This document shows, one piece after another, positions 63,600 through 64,000 of a DNA stretch of 64,000 bases. This DNA comes from Ostrea edulis. Taxonomy: Eukaryota. Below the pieces are notes generated by a model. The model worked only from the letters and a program-made list of their open reading frames with translations. It had not been told where the DNA came from and did no database searches. The translations under genes were made by a program, and so were the position numbers. Each line of letters begins with the position of its first letter. Positions within the stretch are counted from its first letter, which is position 1. The stretch lies in the NCBI RefSeq assembly GCF_947568905.1, contig NC_079164.1, positions 72,292,001-72,356,000 on the forward strand, in the 5' to 3' direction.

Positions 63600-64000
63600 G
63601 TATTACTAGTTTTAAAAACCGATATTGTGACAGTGATTTCCAGTTTCAAAAGAATAATAAAATGCATAGTAAAAAGATTACCTTTACCAAAATTAATCTG
63701 GCTGTGAATGTAACTCATTTATTAAATGTGTACTACAATTACCTCTGATAAAATTTCATAAGTAATTAAATGCATACTTTTCAGAGGGACTTGATTATCG
63801 AAAACATTTACAGAGCCAATTTGAGTATTCAAAAGCTTTGACAATACATTAGTATTTAGGATTAAGTATTAAGAAATACTTTTTTTCCAGATTTTTGTAC
63901 ATTATCTTATACACGCCTGCTGTGAAGTTCCAGTCGATAGACAGATATTGGTCAACGCATGCCCCTGTCGGAACAACTCGTTATCAAAAATTATGTCTAG

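Overview
This is AT-rich eukaryotic (animal) genomic DNA. Its repeat families suggest a bivalve, probably an oyster (inference); nothing prokaryotic is present. (1) A + strand ADAMTS metalloprotease gene of the ADAMTS16/18 type spans 15164-35940. I traced 23 coding exons by hand with GT-AG junctions and consistent phases. The protein is about 1157 aa: prodomain, HEMGHxxGMFHD catalytic domain, disintegrin-like, TSR1, Cys-rich, spacer, five further TSRs and PLAC. About 4 nt of the catalytic exon are hidden in a 159-N gap. (2) A complete 4-exon secreted C-type lectin gene (perlucin-like, QPD motif) lies on the - strand at 47959-41896. (3) A diverged segmental duplication (~37.7-43.9 kb vs ~51.9-57.1 kb) carries an orphan but intact second copy of the lectin terminal exon, with QPD changed to EPS. 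The two blocks differ by dated, nested retro/DNA transposon insertions. (4) Many TE remnants are present: Naiad-like and canonical Penelope-like RTs, two LINEs, SINEs, Helentron-type elements, and MITEs with TA, TAA, TTAA, 5-bp and 9-bp target duplications. (5) Possible first exons of an unidentified gene lie at 61.1-63.6 kb. The most interesting observations are the lectin paralog exon with switched sugar-binding motifs in a direct-repeat-flanked cassette, a duplicated Zn-motif plus splice donor in ADAMTS, 49/82-bp micro-transposons with 9-bp TSDs, CAGGG-ended MITEs with 5-bp TSDs, and a minisatellite born inside a LINE RT motif. I did not find a clearly new biological system. All alignments and counts were done by eye.
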